The translations under genes and the position numbers were made by a program. Positions 18,580-33,891 of a DNA stretch of 64,000 nt are shown here, one piece after another. Each line of letters starts with the position of its first letter. The stretch's first letter is position 1. The stretch covers positions 37,510,001 through 37,574,000 of the forward strand of contig OZ024753.1 in assembly GCA_964016885.1 (NCBI GenBank), written 5' to 3'. This DNA is from Eledone cirrhosa (Eukaryota). The notes beneath the pieces were generated by a model. That model was given only the letters and a program-made list of their open reading frames with translations, ran no database searches and was not told the DNA's origin.

Positions 18580-19290
18580 ATATATATATGTATATATATA
18601 TATATATGTGTGTGTGTGTTTGTGTGTGTATATATATGTATATATATATATATATATATTCATATATATATACATGAGTGCATACATACGCGAATACCTA
18701 CATATATACATATATACGAGCATTAGTGTCTGTTTGTGTATGTACTGCATTCAATTCCCATGTGTGTTTAGATGTTTTGATAGCCTTTAAGAAAGTTAAC
18801 AACTATGGTGCATTATAGAGCTGCAGATGTAAATAGTTGTCAAGCTGCGGCTGGAACTGCAGCTGAATGATATAATGTGGTGTTAAACATTCGTTTTACA
18901 CCTGCAATGTATCCAATACCTGCAAGTGAGGTGTTCTCTTCAGATGTTACTAATTTGCATCCGTTAAAAATATATGTCTTCTTCTGTCGATAAAATAAAG
19001 TACCAGTAATGCACTGGAGTATTTGCTGGCCTTGTGCCTAAAGTAGAAACAGTCATTGTTCTTTGTTATTGTTGTAGTTTTTGTCTCTCATTTCTACAAG
19101 AAGAAGAAGAAGAAGAAGAAGAAGAAGAAGAAGAAGAAGAAGAAGAAGAAGAAGAAGAAGAAGAAGAAGAAGAAGAAGAAGAACAACAACAACAACAACA
19201 ACAACAATAACAACAGACTATCTTTTATTGACTCAGTTTATAAAACACAATTAGGTGGCCAATTATTGGAGACAGTATAATATAGTTGTT

Positions 19291-19360
19291 GTCTTCTTCT
19301 TCTTCTTCTTCTTCTTCTTCTTCTTCTTCTTCTTCTTCTTCTTCTTCTTCTTCTTCTTCG

Positions 19361-19391
<31 letters not shown>

Positions 19392-19670
19392 GGGGGTCAG
19401 AGTCCTCAAACACTCCCTTCAGCTGGTCCTGTCAGAAGCAACCGTCTCCAACTGATCCGGCTGTAACCCCGAGCATGACCAGCCAAGCTCATGGATGTTA
19501 TCTAAAAATCTTGCTTGGGAGTGGGGGGGGGGTCTACCTTTGGATCTCTTGTCGGTTGGATTTGCCCGTAAAATCCGTCCAGCGATTCTTTCCTGAGATA
19601 TTCTAACCACATGCCCATAGTATCAGGCGTTGTGATCTTTCCGTTCGTAGAAGTGGCGTCTCTACCTGGA
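19291..19670 (-). mobile_element. 3' fragment of an RTE-clade LINE with (GAC)n(GAA)n tail
   Basis: Minus translation YYGHVVRISQERIAGRILRANPTDKRSKGRPP...RFLDNI...ASDRTS*R matches the RTE ORF C-terminal pattern (GHV.RM...GKR.RGRP..RW.D...A.DR..WR). A very short 3' UTR and a trinucleotide tail follow. Confidence 0.8.
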
Positions 19671-20179
19671 ATGTGTATGTTTTTTTATTAGTCAAACCAA
19701 TGAACATCTACATGCCCCCGCTTGAGCTGCTAATAATAGCAACCAAATCACCTTTAAAGTGACGTATCCAGTAAAATTAAAATGATACAACCATAAAAAA
19801 AATTTACGAGCCAACTAAGAAACATTTATTTCATCGCTCGAGCTGCTAAAAGTATCAATTGAATCCCCTCTCAAACCACACCATACCATCTTTTAAAACA
19901 TGGCACGTTCTTTTATGTAGTCATAGATGTAACGTATAATCTCAAAGGAAGTCCAACACTATTTCATGTAGTTATTAAGCTTCCCCGAGTGTAAGCATCT
20001 CATAATGTAGTCACAGATATATTATGTATCTCATACATGCATGTAATTTGTATTTCGCAGATGTTGCTAATGTATTTCCTGTAAAAATAAAATTTTTACG
20101 AGTTAACGGAGAAGCCCCTACTTCTTCTCTCAAGCTGCTAAAATAGTAATAGCTGAAAACAAAAATGTACAGCTCACAT

Positions 20180-20490
20180 CTATGTAGGATTTGCTGGCCT
20201 CATACGATGTTGCACTTTATAGGAAGTGTCTTGAGTATTTTAATGTCAAGATATCCAAAACTATCATACTGTTATCGTTACAACTAACACTTATGTAGGT
20301 TTAACTGTCTTCATAAGAGGTTGCACTTTATAGGAGGTTTTTGGGGTATTTTAATAAGGGACCCAAAACTATCATATTATTTTTGTAACAACTCACACAT
20401 ATGTAGGTTTAGCTACCGTCATAAAGGTTGCATTTCATAGGATGTTTCTTGGGTGTTTTAATGACAGCTGACCCCAATCTATCATATTCG
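20180..20490. repeat. Three diverged ~110-bp tandem units
   Basis: TATGTAGG...GTTGCAC/TTT.ATAGGA...CTATCATA recurs at ~20181, 20292 and 20400. Confidence 0.75.
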
Positions 20491-21746
20491 GAAAGTCTAA
20501 CAATAACAGACCAACGGGTAGAATGCTCTTGTTCATAGGTTTGCGCAATCGAAATTAACAAGGGGAAAGGGTTACACAACAGTAACAACAGAAACAACAA
20601 CAGCAATAACAACAATAATCCTAAATATGTTGTTTTAATAGCGATACCCATAACATCCTTTCTTTCGTGGCACCCTATTAGATTATGTAAAGGATATGGG
20701 TTGAATAAGGTGAAGAAGGAATGACTATGAAGTATTGAATAAGATGAGGAAGGAGAGGAGAGATGAAGCGGGTGGGGGGTGAATTTAGGACAAGAGGCCA
20801 TGTGAAATAAAGCATCGTTTGATATTGTCGACAGAGCGGAAATGAACTGTTGGGAAGTGTTTACATCTCTAGAAATGAGAGAGATTCAGAGGAATGATGG
20901 TTGTGATGATAGTGGTAGGGGGGGGGGTGTTAATGGTGTTGGTGTTGTTGGTGGTGGTAGTTGATATGACGATGATGATGACCAGGAATTTCAAGAGAAG
21001 AAATGTCGACTAAATTGACCCAGTGGTAATTTTATTTTAACCCCGTAAGGATGAAGGGCAAAGCTAACCTCAGCAGGATTTGAACTCAGATAAAATAAAG
21101 TAAATACCAGTTAAGTACTGGGGTTGATTTAATCGACTTCCACCTCCCCATAAATTGTAGGACTTGGGAAAAATTAGTAATCATTATTTCATCCGTTGTT
21201 TCCATTGTTTCCATTTATTCCTATTTTTTTTCTTTATTTTGTTGTTGTTTTTTCCCCCATCGAGGTTTCTCTTCAAATACGTAGATTCACATGTCATTAC
21301 ATTCACATGTCATTACATTCACATCTCTTTACATTCCCATGTCATTACATTCACATATCTTTACATTCCCATGTCATTACATTCACATATCTTTACATCC
21401 AACATCTCTTTACATTCACATATCTTCATGTACATTTTTTTTTCGATTTTCGATTTTTTCGTAGTTCCATATAATTACATATTTTCTTTGTCCTATTTCT
21501 ACTTCGTGTATTGCTATCTAAACCATTCAGTCGACCTTCATTCATATTTTATATTTGTGTCACTTTTGTTGATACAGACACCACCACCACCACCACCACC
21601 ACCACCACCACCACCACCACCACCACCACTGTCAGCAATATGTCATCTTTCTTTCCATCAATCTTTCTCTGTATCTCACTTTCTCTTAATCATATAACCA
21701 CATGTCAGGAAGTTCGTCATATATATATGTGTGTGTGTGTGTGTGC

Positions 21747-21862
<116 letters not shown>

Positions 21863-22062
21863 TGTATGTATATATTTATTCATATATATATATATATACA
21901 TTATTTTTAATTTTTTTTTTAATCTCATCTCTTTATAGATAGGAGATGGTAAGTGTATGTGTGTGTGTGCGAGAGAGAAATAGAGAGAGGGGTAGAGAGA
22001 GGGGGGAGAGAGAGGGAAAGAGAAAGCTTCAGCGATAGAGGTGCCGAAGTATTGATCTCCAA

Positions 22063-22270
22063 CCCTTTACCATTTACATTACTCTATAGTTACTATTGTA
22101 TTTTCGCGGTAAAGACTTTATCTCACATAATATTGAATCTACGAGATTTTGTTATGATTTATTTTGAGAACAATACCTCAACATCGGTATGAGTTGCCAG
22201 CTACGGTCGGTTTGAACCGTAAGAGGTGAGAGAATTTTGGCCGGATACAGCCGGTTTAAATGCTAAAGGG
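22063..22270. mobile_element. Possible piggyBac-type MITE
   Basis: Terminal inverted repeats CCCTTTACCATTTA / TAAATGCTAAAGGG. Right flank TTAA, left flank degenerate (CCAA). Confidence 0.55.
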
Positions 22271-23049
22271 TTAATTCTTGGAATTTTCCACGAGGTTCAG
22301 TTTTTATTTATTCAAAACGAAGGGATGTCCACGGTGTTGGTTATAACACGAATGCTAATCAATACAAATACGAATATGTTTGAGAAATATAGTAACGAAT
22401 CTGGATTTCCTGTTAAGAGACTGCTGTATGCTAAAGAAATTTGGTTATATATATCTGGGATTTCATCTTCTGACAAGGGTTGCAAGTCAATAATATGTCA
22501 AAAAAATACGCCTTGTATTTTCATTCAGAATCTTTTTTTTAACTTAGGATTTGTGAAAGGTGAAAATAAAGTTAATAATAATATCTAGGCCTGCTATGGT
22601 CATCACCAGTGAACTAATTGTAAAACCAGTGTCATCGTTGCTGTTACTGTCATTGATGTCGTTGCTGTTGTTTCTGTCGTACTTGTAAACGGAGTGGTCG
22701 TGGTCATTTACTGTGCTATTGTAGTAAAAAGTACTGAATGAACTCTATGAAAATATTTGTAAAAGTAAAGCATCAAAATAGAGAAGTGGAATATCAAAAG
22801 AAAATGGTCGGAAGAGACGCAAATAAACAAATAACGAAAACAAAATTAGAATGAAAAAAAATGGAAAAAATAATGAATGACAAATAGGAAGTAATAGCAA
22901 AAATAACGGAAAACGAAGAAAGAAAACCGGAATTACTCTACATATCCCAGACACTGATTTTATAGGGATCGGATTCACGGAATTGAAGTTATCCTGGGTG
23001 GTAATTGAACGTAGAACATCGAGGAACGATACTGCCATTCCACTGCCTT

Positions 23050-23702
23050 TAATGGTTCCTGATTTAGACACAAAACCAACAATGGGAGAGGAAAATCGAT
23101 TAAGTCGATCAGTACGTTACTGGTACTTTATTTTATCGACCCCTGTAAAAATGAAAGGCAAAGTTAACCTCGGCGGGATTTGAATTCAGCATGGCAAGGG
23201 CTGTCACTCTATACGTCAAAGCATGGCGTCCGACCCTCTACCGATACTGCCAATAACGATAATGTCAATCCACCGCCATTAATGGTTTCTGATTTAGGCA
23301 GAAAGCCAACAATTTTTGGAAGGAGGGGAAAGTCGATTAAATCGACCCCAGTACGTTACTGGTACTTTATTTTCTCGACCCCTGTAAGGATGAAAGGCAA
23401 ATCTAACCTCGGTGAGATTTGAGCTTAGAACAAGCATGTTTTCCGACGCTCAACCGATTCTGCTAATACCCCACTCATCATAATGATAATGTTAATGATA
23501 ATTGTTTCCACTATAGGCACAAGGCCAACAATCTTTGGGGAGGAGAAAGTCGTTTAACTCGACCCTAGTGCGTAACTGGTACTTTATTTTATCGACCCCG
23601 TAAGGATGAAAGGCAAAGTCAACCTCGGCGGGATTTGAACTCAGACCGTAAAGGGACGTAACTATGCTGGAAAGCATGGCGTCCGACCCTCTACCGATAC
23701 TG
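23050..23702 (-). mobile_element. Three tandem family 1 SINEs
   Basis: Reverse complement of the same body three times (~23050-23277, 23281-23465, 23500-23702). Confidence 0.85.
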
Positions 23703-23910
23703 ATGATGACGACATGATAATGACGTTACGATGATGATAGTGACAATATGGTAGAAACAATGAAGAGGATGTTGAAGGCGGTGGTGATGTACAGACAGAC
23801 TATCACAAGTAGTTTCAGGTGTTTGGGGTTAAAAAAACAACAACTAAACTAATAAGGAAACAACTACTGATAACGCAAGGAATTGGTTAAAATATAAACC
23901 TCTCTGTACG

Positions 23911-23987
<77 letters not shown>

Positions 23988-24183
23988 GTTGGGTGTGTGT
24001 GTATGAGTGTATGTGTGTGAATGTATTGGTATGTTGATATGAGTGTAGATTGTATTGATGAGTTCGCACATACTTTTAAGTACACACACACACACAAATA
24101 TATATATATATTTATATATATATATATGTGTGTATATATATATATATTTATATATATATATGTATGTATGTATATATATATAG

Positions 24184-24245
<62 letters not shown>

Positions 24246-24296
24246 ATGTATAAATACTGTGTGGTTATATGATAAAGAGTCGGGTCTCTTCATCAT

Positions 24297-24346
<50 letters not shown>

Positions 24347-25599
24347 ACTATGTTCTTGCCTGCGTGTGTGTTTAAATGTTTTTTTTATATATCTGTTTAT
24401 ATTTGTTTTTATTTGTTTATATCTGTCTGTGTGTGGGCGGAGGTAGTTGTAATGGTGTATGCGGGTGCTTAAGTGTGTGTGAAAGTGTAGGAAATGAAGG
24501 GAGGAAGGAAGGAAGAGAGAAAGGAGAAATTCTTCTACGTGATGCTATCAATGGACAAAGCCTTTTCTGCATATTTTATCGTGGTGGGGGCGGGGTTCAA
24601 TCTCCGCCGGATCAAAGGTAAGAGATAGCATCTGTAATTTTCAAAACATTAAAGAACCAACTCTACCAGCTGATGGTTAATTTTAGATTATTTCTATTTT
24701 ATTATCTTTTTGTTTTCTGACTGTTTTGGGGCTGTTGTTTGTTTTTCTTACTATAATAGTACTTTTAGTATTTTTATTATCATTATAATTTTTTTTTTTT
24801 TTTTTGTCAGATTTCGGTTAGTTCATTTCGTGACTTTTTCGTCATCTAAAATTCCTGTTTTACACAAAGACACCTAGAATAAAAATAATTTTAATTCTTT
24901 CTAACATTGGCACAAGGCCAGCAATTTAGTAACAAAGAAAAGTAGAATATATCGAACCCAGTATTTGACTGCTATTTTATTTTATCGAAAGATGTAAAAA
25001 CAAAGTTGATATCGGTGGGATTTGAAATCAGAACGCAGAATACCGGAGAGAATACTGTAAAACATTTCGTCCGATACTCTAATGGCTTTAATAATGATTT
25101 ATTTGTTAGCCATACTGGCAGGGGCCTCGTTTGCCTTAAAAATGTGAGGGGGACAAACCAACATTTGTTGATTCTTAAAGGAGCATAAATTGCTTATGGT
25201 CCTTTTCCCGGACCCTATCACATAAGTAATATTTTACTCTAATTAAATTTTATATATTCAAATGAAGTTCAGATATAAAAAAATAAGCTTAAAAAGAATT
25301 TATTATATTAAATAAACAAAAATTAAAATATAGACGTTTAAAAAGGAGGGGGTGGGACTTGTGCCCTGGTATCCCCCTGAAACAAGGCTCACATTAAGAA
25401 AACATTAAGGACGATACAAGACGGTACAGTATTTTTTTTTCATGTAAAAACAAATTCTAACGAAAACAATGAAATCTATAAAATTCAATGAAAAACAAAA
25501 TCCCTCTAAATTCTTGATTATTTCATAAATCATTTTAATATTATAGTATATTTCATTAGTGTATTTTATTAGTGATATACTAACGAAAATGTTACAACT

Positions 25600-25980
25600 T
25601 AATTATGAATTCTCTCTCTCCCTTTTCAAGATGAATATAATATAATTTGAGGAAGATTTGTCTGCTATTTTTAGAAGACTTTATGTACCACTTAGAGTCT
25701 CCTTCAATGCTTCGTAATATATCTAGTTCAGAACATCTGTTGTAAAGTCGATACACAGTGAACAAAACTATATTTATTGCTAAAGTCAAAGTAGACCAAT
25801 GAAAGGAGAGACGACCGTCCTTCCCCTTCAATGGAAGTCAACCATGTTAGACTATTTAGATAGTTTGTTAGAAGTTTGTCAGAAGTCTGTGGCCAGATGA
25901 ACTCCACACTTCGAGAAATTTACTACACCAGATTAAATTCCGTTCTATGAAATCAATCAAAGTATTCAGATGAAAAATAT
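25600..25980 (-). pseudogene. Possible decayed PLE RT/thumb fragment
   Basis: Frameshifted minus-strand peptides YLNSL...SIEGE / DGRLSF and VYRLYNRCS resemble PLE RT motifs D-E and thumb. A hammerhead lies nearby at 26107. Confidence 0.35.
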
Positions 25981-26106
25981 ACGGGCTGTGATTTGTTGTT
26001 GTTAGTGGTGGTGGTGGTGGTGGTGGTGGTGGAGGTGGTGGAATCTAGGAACTGAAAGTTAAAGGGATACCTTATCAATTAAATGGAGCATCCCATCTTA
26101 TCTACA

Positions 26107-26189
26107 CGCCTGATGAAAAACAATCTCATGTAAGCCATAATAAACATTTATCGCTAATATAAAGAGACGCTTCGAAACCTGAGGTAGCG
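26107..26189 (+). ncRNA. Hammerhead ribozyme with decayed long stem II
   Basis: CGC-CTGATGA-(57 nt, weakly paired)-GAAA-CCTGAGGTA^GCG. Stem III ACCT/AGGT. Confidence 0.6.
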
Positions 26190-26238
26190 ATCAGCTGTGT
26201 TAAGCAGACATAAATAATATATATTTATATACAAAATA

Positions 26239-26269
<31 letters not shown>

Positions 26270-27176
26270 GAGTAAACAGAAAACAAAAAAACCCCCCCAA
26301 AAAACAAAAAACCTGGAAGCGAAGAGGCAGTACAAATATTATTATTAGTTTCACACTTGAGAGTGTGTGTGTGTGGGGGGGGGGTATATATAATTGTTTC
26401 TACTTTAGGCACAAGGCCAGCAATTAACCAGTTCATTACTGGTACTTTATTTTATCGAACCCCGTAAGGATGAAAGGCAAAGTCAACCTCGGCGGGATTT
26501 GAACTCAGATCGTAAAGGGACGTAACTATGTCTTCTGCAGTTTTCGTCTACGAGGTTTTATAGTAGAAGACACTTGGCTAAGTTGCCGTTACTGCGTGAC
26601 GGGGCCCTGATGAATCACGTGGTTTCGAAGCGAGCTCTTTAACTACATAGCCAACAACTCAAGCCTATGTATATATAAGTTATGATTATTTATTTCTATT
26701 TCTATTATGCTGAAGAAACACAGGATATCAAAATCTCTAAACATAATCTATATTTCAAACAGAAACACTGATGTTGTATTAAATTAAATGATTTACACTT
26801 AAGTTCGCTCAGAAGGAAATTGCTTCAGATCCACATTAAATTCTTCCGGTGGCTTCACAGACACAGGTCTGTGGGTGTCTGTATGTATGTAATTATGTAT
26901 GTGTATGTGTGTGTGTGTGTGAACGTATGTATGTACATATACATACAAGCACACAAGCACACAAGCACACAAGCACACACACACCACACACGTATAAATA
27001 TATATATATATATATGTATATCTAAAGTAGAAACAATTATTATTATTACTACTACTACTAGTAGGGTCGATAGAATAAAGTACCAGTAATGCATTGGGTA
27101 ATTGCTGGCCTTGTGCCAAAAGTAGAAACAATTATTATTATTATTATTATTATGATTACTCTATTACTATACTAAA

Positions 27177-27375
27177 GGCGGTGGATTGTCAGTATCGATA
27201 GAGGGTCGGGCGCCATGCTTTGCAGCAAAGAGTTACGGCGCTTTATGATCTGAGTTCCAATCCCGCCGAGGTTGACTTTGCCTTTCATCCTTACGGGGTC
27301 GATAAAATAAAGTACCAGTAATACACTAGGTAATTTAATTGCTGGCCTTGTGGCAAAAAGTAGAAACAATTATTA
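27177..27375 (+). mobile_element. Full-length family 1 SINE (others or fragments: 7553-7692 +, 15633-15790 -, 18986-19052 +, 21005-21185, 24900-25080 -, 26392-26530 -, 27063-27135 +, 43817-44002 -, 44263-44352 -)
   Basis: Head, B box, body and ATT tail all present. Confidence 0.85.
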
Positions 27376-27401
27376 TGATTACTATATAAATAAATTTATA
27401 A

Positions 27402-27745
<344 letters not shown>

Positions 27746-28723
27746 TATACATATATTGTGTGTATGTCTGACTTTATCTAGATGTATACCTCTGTGTGTG
27801 GATATGTGTAATGTGTATTCTGTTGAATCAAATGTAAGAAGCGAGATAAAAAGATTGTACGAATTTTTCTTTGAGTTTGTGTTGGTGTGTGTTGGTGTGT
27901 GTTGGTGTATGTCTGTATGCATGATGTATGTGTATGTGTATCTTTCTATATATGCCTGTGTGTAAGTATACATGTATATATATATATGTATGTATTTATA
28001 TATGTATTTATATATGTATGTATGTGTCTGTGTCTATGTATCTATATGTTGTGTGTGTGTGGGGGTGTTTATACTGTGTGAAGTTAGTTGGTGTACTACC
28101 AATGTATTTATATATGTATTTATATATGTATGTATGTGTCTGTGTCTATGTATCTATATGTTGTGTGTGTGTGGGGGGGGGGTTATACTGTGTGGAGTTA
28201 GTTGGTGTACTACCAATGTATTTATATATGTATGTATGTGTCTGTGTCTATGTATCTATATGTTGTGTGTGTGTGTGTGTGTGTATTTATATATGTATTT
28301 ATATATGTATGTATGTGTCTGTGTCTATGTATCTATATGTTGTGTGTGTGTGTATGTGTGTGGGTGTTTATACTGTGTGAAGTTAGTTGGTGTACTACCA
28401 AGTGGACGCCTTACAGCAGAGATCATCAATTCCTTGTCTCTCATGCCGTGTGTTTACATTGTAACTTGATCGCCATATTGCGAGGATCATATTTAACGCC
28501 TCGCTTACTATAGAAAGACGATTTCTGATTGATCCTAGACTAACACAAATGATTATCATATCACCGCGGACTGTACCCCTAGCAAATATTTAGTTGCTTT
28601 GACCCTTATTTCATGATATTTTGCCCCTAGTAAGATGGATAGATTGATAGAATTAACGTCAGATAAAATGCTATTGTGTTATTTATTCTGGGTCTTTACA
28701 TTCAGAGTTCAAATCCCACCAAT

Positions 28724-28807
<84 letters not shown>

Positions 28808-29246
28808 ATAGTAGTAGTAGTAGTAGTAGTAGTAGTTGTAGTAGTAGTAGTATATTCTACCTTCGTCTGAAAGGAAATGAATTGGAAGAGAACGAGATGA
28901 AAGCATGGAAAGAATGAAAAGAAAAACAAATGTTAATATTAAAGGATTTCGAAGTCATGTCAGGTTAACTCAGCGCCATTTTGTTATCCTCTTAATCTAA
29001 TTCTAGGAAATCTTGTCTGGATTACCACACGGATTATGTTGGATACAGAAAGTATCTTGGTAATAACATCGATTACAATTTTGAAATATTCTTCACCCTG
29101 CATGTCACGCACAAGGCAACCTTCATAACCTTTTACTATTCATTCGTGCTATGTTTGATCATGGTGTTAAGAGATACAGAGCTCTCTCTGGATTTTATTA
29201 ACGTTACCGAGTATGTATGAATGTATGTATGTATACTCCTACATAT

Positions 29247-29315
<69 letters not shown>

Positions 29316-29373
29316 AAAAGAGTCAGGACCCCGACGGCTGAGTTCCGGCTGTTCCTTACCACACTTCCTTCGT

Positions 29374-29404
<31 letters not shown>

Positions 29405-29830
29405 TACGGGGGCGTATACTTCACGATTTCACCGCACTACACCAAAAAGAATATTAAGGGGTCCGTAGTGTCTTCCACGGAGCCCCAAGGCTTTCAACCC
29501 AGTCAGGCTAGAATAACAAGGCCCTGCTGGTGGTGCAAAGCGAAACAGTTTGAAGGACACAACACACAAACCAGTTCAGGAATCGAACCCATGACATTAT
29601 GATCATAAGTCCAACACCCTTACCATCTCCATAGTGTCAGGTTAATTTCACGAGCAACATGCATTGTAAATTAAACAACTGGTATACTCATCGTCGCAAC
29701 CGACGGAGGTCTATTCCGTCCCATACATAGTGCTTCTCTTGTACTAGTAAATTACTTCCACTTTTTAACTTCCTAGTTTAACGTGATAAAAGAGAGCGAA
29801 GCGTAAAGTCACAGTGAAATGAGCAATATT

Positions 29831-29900
<70 letters not shown>

Positions 29901-29970
29901 TCTCTCTCTCTAACTATCTATCTATCTATCTATCTATCTCTCTATATATATATATTCACACGCACACAAA

Positions 29971-30001
<31 letters not shown>

Positions 30002-30414
30002 ATATATGGGCATGTTGGAACACCAACCGCGCACACTTAGATATATATATATATATGTGTGTGTATGCGTGTGTGAGTATATATATATATATACATATCT
30101 ATGTGTGTGTGTGTATGTCTATATGAAAGAATAGATTGATAAGATATACTACAAAGGAATTTCCACAAATGTATATTTCTCTTCCGTCTTTTCGTTCTTT
30201 CCTTTCTTTGTCTTTCTCTCCTTCTCTCCCACACACAAACACACACAGACACGCACACACACTCATACACAGGCATACACACACACACGAATATTTAGGA
30301 TTTCTAAAAATGCGATAAGAGATTATGTACAATGTATTAAGTCACAAATGTGTTTTGATATGTGTTTGTGGGAAGGTTTTCATTTGTCAATATACATATA
30401 TACATACAGCTTTT

Positions 30415-30455
<41 letters not shown>

Positions 30456-30460
<5 letters not shown>

Positions 30461-30547
30461 AACGAGTAGGACCCCGACTCTACTACCCTAAGTATTGAGT
30501 ACTTTGGTGCGTTATGGTCCATCTGGTTCCTTACCACATTTCCTTCG

Positions 30548-30549
<2 letters not shown>
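30456..30549 (+). mobile_element. Short family A copy (similar fragments at 12791-12856 and 29311-29375, distant relative at 1430-1560)
   Basis: Short inverted arm ATAGGAACGAGTAGGACCCCG joined to the tail ...TTCCTTCGTT, within (TA)n. Confidence 0.75.
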
Positions 30550-30630
<81 letters not shown>

Positions 30631-32817
30631 TATGTGCTTTAAGATGAATATGTATTTATGTATGTATGTATGTATGTGTATGTATGAATATATATGTATA
30701 ATGTCTGTATGTGTATGTGTTGTATGTGTGTATGTATGTACCTTTTTCGAGTAGTGTTTTCGATGCTCAGAGAGTGGGGTTGGTCAAGTACAAGACCTTT
30801 CCCCACTTAAAAAAAACCTTCAAAGCATAGGCATTGCTTGTCCAGGATATGTTACAGGTTTGTGTGACTGGCCGTAGCCTAAAAGTGCACAAACTCTATA
30901 ATCTGACAAGCGATTGTAGTACCCTTAGCAAAGTTTGCAGCCATCATGTATTTATTTATTTATTTATGAATGGTTGTTTGTATGTATGCATTTGTATGTC
31001 AGGTCGCTCTTCAGCGCTACTGGTAACATATAACCCAGTATAACATATGTATAGTCGGCGACTAAAACAGCATGGCATTGCAGGTCATAGGCAAGTCCCT
31101 ACCAGGACTAAAAAGCCACGCCTGTCATGTTCATGCTTAAATATCAAGCGATGGTATTACTTGAAATCAAGATGCAGCCATCGTATTCCATCAAAGCCTC
31201 ATCACACTATAAGTTAATAAAGAATTATACATTAAATTTTAAATATTTGATATATCAATTAAATATTTATTGAATAACTAAAGGGGGTAGTTTTTACAAC
31301 TAGCTACTAATTTCTATCCTTTTTTCCCATTTTCTCCCTTACTACTCCTTACCTCTCTCACCTCTTTTTCTCATTCACTACTCCTTTTCCTTCGGCACCC
31401 TTTACCCCTCGCCTCTCATTGCCATCCTACCTCATCTTTGCCTTTCACTCTACCCCTCACTTGAGTCTCCAAACGCCCCCAAAATGAGAGTTAGTGTCCA
31501 TTTTTTCGAAGCACATCTTTATATCCAGCCGCCAGAATTCTTGCAGCTCCTACAGAACACTTCTAGTGTGGCCTAGTTCACATAACCTTAAACAGGTATT
31601 AAAGTACAATTAACAAATGTTTACTTGATTTGATCTGCTGTATTCATCTCCCGCTGTTGTTACTAGATTGGGGAGATACGTACTCCGTCAATATGGCGTT
31701 CACAGACTGAAAATGTCGTCAGTAAGAAGAAAAGTCAACAAGGAAAAAAACACAGGAAAACAGTACAATACTGTGATGATATATATTAGTTTAAAGCTTG
31801 ATATAGTAGGAGAAAGGTCTTAAAGTTTCAGAATTTAGTCCTTCATTTAGAATGAGAGAAAGAAGAAAGGGCGTTTGGGAGAGAGAGAGAAAAAATAGAA
31901 ATATAGACGAGAGTAAGAAACCAAATGAAAACAGGAAAAAGAGTGGAACAAAGTGAAGGAGTGAAGAGAGAAAATATGTAGTGACTATGGATAGCATAGG
32001 TAATTGGTTGTCATCATCATAGTAACTTCAGAAACAGGATGGATCAATGGTTAATAAGTTCACTCCGCAATTATAAGATCCTGGATCTGATCCAAACTTC
32101 GTAGCATCTTGGGTAAATGTTATTTTCCATGGCCTCGGGTTAACCAAAGCCATGAGATAGAAGTTGGGTAAAACAAAACTGTTTGGAAGCCCATAAGATG
32201 GACTTTATTTGTCTAATTCAAAGGGCCAGTCGTGTCATACACCATATAGCGCTGAATTTTCCTGAGAGTTATGTTAATCGTCCACGTTTCTGTCGAATGT
32301 TCACTCGTCCAACATTCTACTGGCAGAGTAAAGCCTCCTCAAAATTGTAGGCCCATTCCAAATAGCCCATTTGCTTCACCTGCCCATACATCTCCGCTTG
32401 TTTTTTACTCATACCATTACTGTTCAGGACTGCGGTAAACAACAGACTTATTTTTTAGAAAGAAAAACCTTTAATCTAATTAAAAATCTACGGTTAGCTA
32501 ACCCGTTCAAGGTCAGAGCACAACATTTGTAAAGAGATCTAAACTTCAGTCGAACACTGAACTTTTCTTCTACTACATATAAATGGAATAAGATAAAATA
32601 CAAGAATAATAAGTGAAATCTGTAGCTGTTTCTCAAATTAATGATTCGTTATGCATCACGTGTTGTATAAACATGTTATCTTTTATGTCGTATCGTTTAT
32701 GGTAAATCAAAGTCACTGTGTTCTCTCTCTTAGTTCCCTATCAAACTAAACAAGCAACTTATTTTTAAAGATTCATGCGTTAATATACCGTTAACAGATT
32801 TTTGAAACATTAGCTTG

Positions 32818-32889
<72 letters not shown>

Positions 32890-32893
32890 TATA

Positions 32894-33200
32894 CGATATT
32901 AAACAAATGGAAACTATATTTATAAAACCATATTTATTTCATTATACATTAATGGTCGCTATATTTATGGTACGTCAAAATTATTTATAAAACTGGTTAT
33001 ATATTGTATTTTATCTGACGAAGGCATGCCATATTTTTAATATGGTATCCCTGAAATATGTATAATGAAATAAATATGGTTTTATAAATATAGTTTCCAT
33101 TTGTTTAATATCGTATATCTACTCCAAAAACTTGTCGAGTGCTTTATATCAGTTATAAAATATTTACTTGTTGTAACCCAACAATTTTAAATAAAACTTT

Positions 33201-33203
<3 letters not shown>
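32894..33203 (+). mobile_element. Fold-back PLE-type element carrying a full hammerhead
   Basis: Inverted arms 32891-32949/33058-33116, HHR in between, tail to 33203, (TA)n on both sides. Confidence 0.82.
33007..33072 (+). ncRNA. Type I hammerhead ribozyme
   Basis: Stem I TATTTTAT/ATGAAATA, core CTGACGA 33015-21, 13-position stem II 33022-52, GAAA 33053-56, stem III ATA/TAT, AUA site after 33064. Confidence 0.82.
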
Positions 33204-33247
<44 letters not shown>

Positions 33248-33782
33248 TTATTTATTAAAATAACAGATTAAATTTAAGCAAAGAATCGCTGCTTTCACCC
33301 TTAACAGGATCTTCTGAAACTAACCTGAAAATCTTTGGATTTTAGTCTTCCAATTTATTATTATTACTATATATATATATATCATATATATATATTTATA
33401 TATATGCAGAGGTTATATTTAATTTGTTGGGATTCAACAAGCTTAAAAATATATATTTATATATATATTGCTTGTAATAAATATATTTGAAAGCATATGA
33501 TTGTATATGTATATATGTATTGCATACTTACTGTATTTGTATGTGTATAGTATATGCGCGTTTATGAAAGTCTTTGAGTATTTGTAGTGAGGTAAAATTA
33601 CGTCTATAGAATTACTTCTACTAAGCTATATTACTATTTAGGTTATGCTTTATTAATAACAATTAATAACATGATTTAGACATCATTTTTGGTTAATAAA
33701 TACCACGTATATTTTATAAATATGAACACTGACACATATTATTGGAACATTACTTTTGATTACGTCGTCATGTGAGACTCTA

Positions 33783-33891
<109 letters not shown>

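Noticed and set aside
24515-24622. Possible host exon ending AAG/GTAAG (similar candidates at 41676-41743 + and 31625-31707 -)
   Set aside because: No convincing acceptor or recognisable protein. The 31.6-kb candidate has stops in all frames. RNA-seq would be needed.
26606-26640. CTGATGA...GAAG hammerhead-like string
   Set aside because: No GAAA and no stem I/III pairing. It lies in a reversed SINE head.
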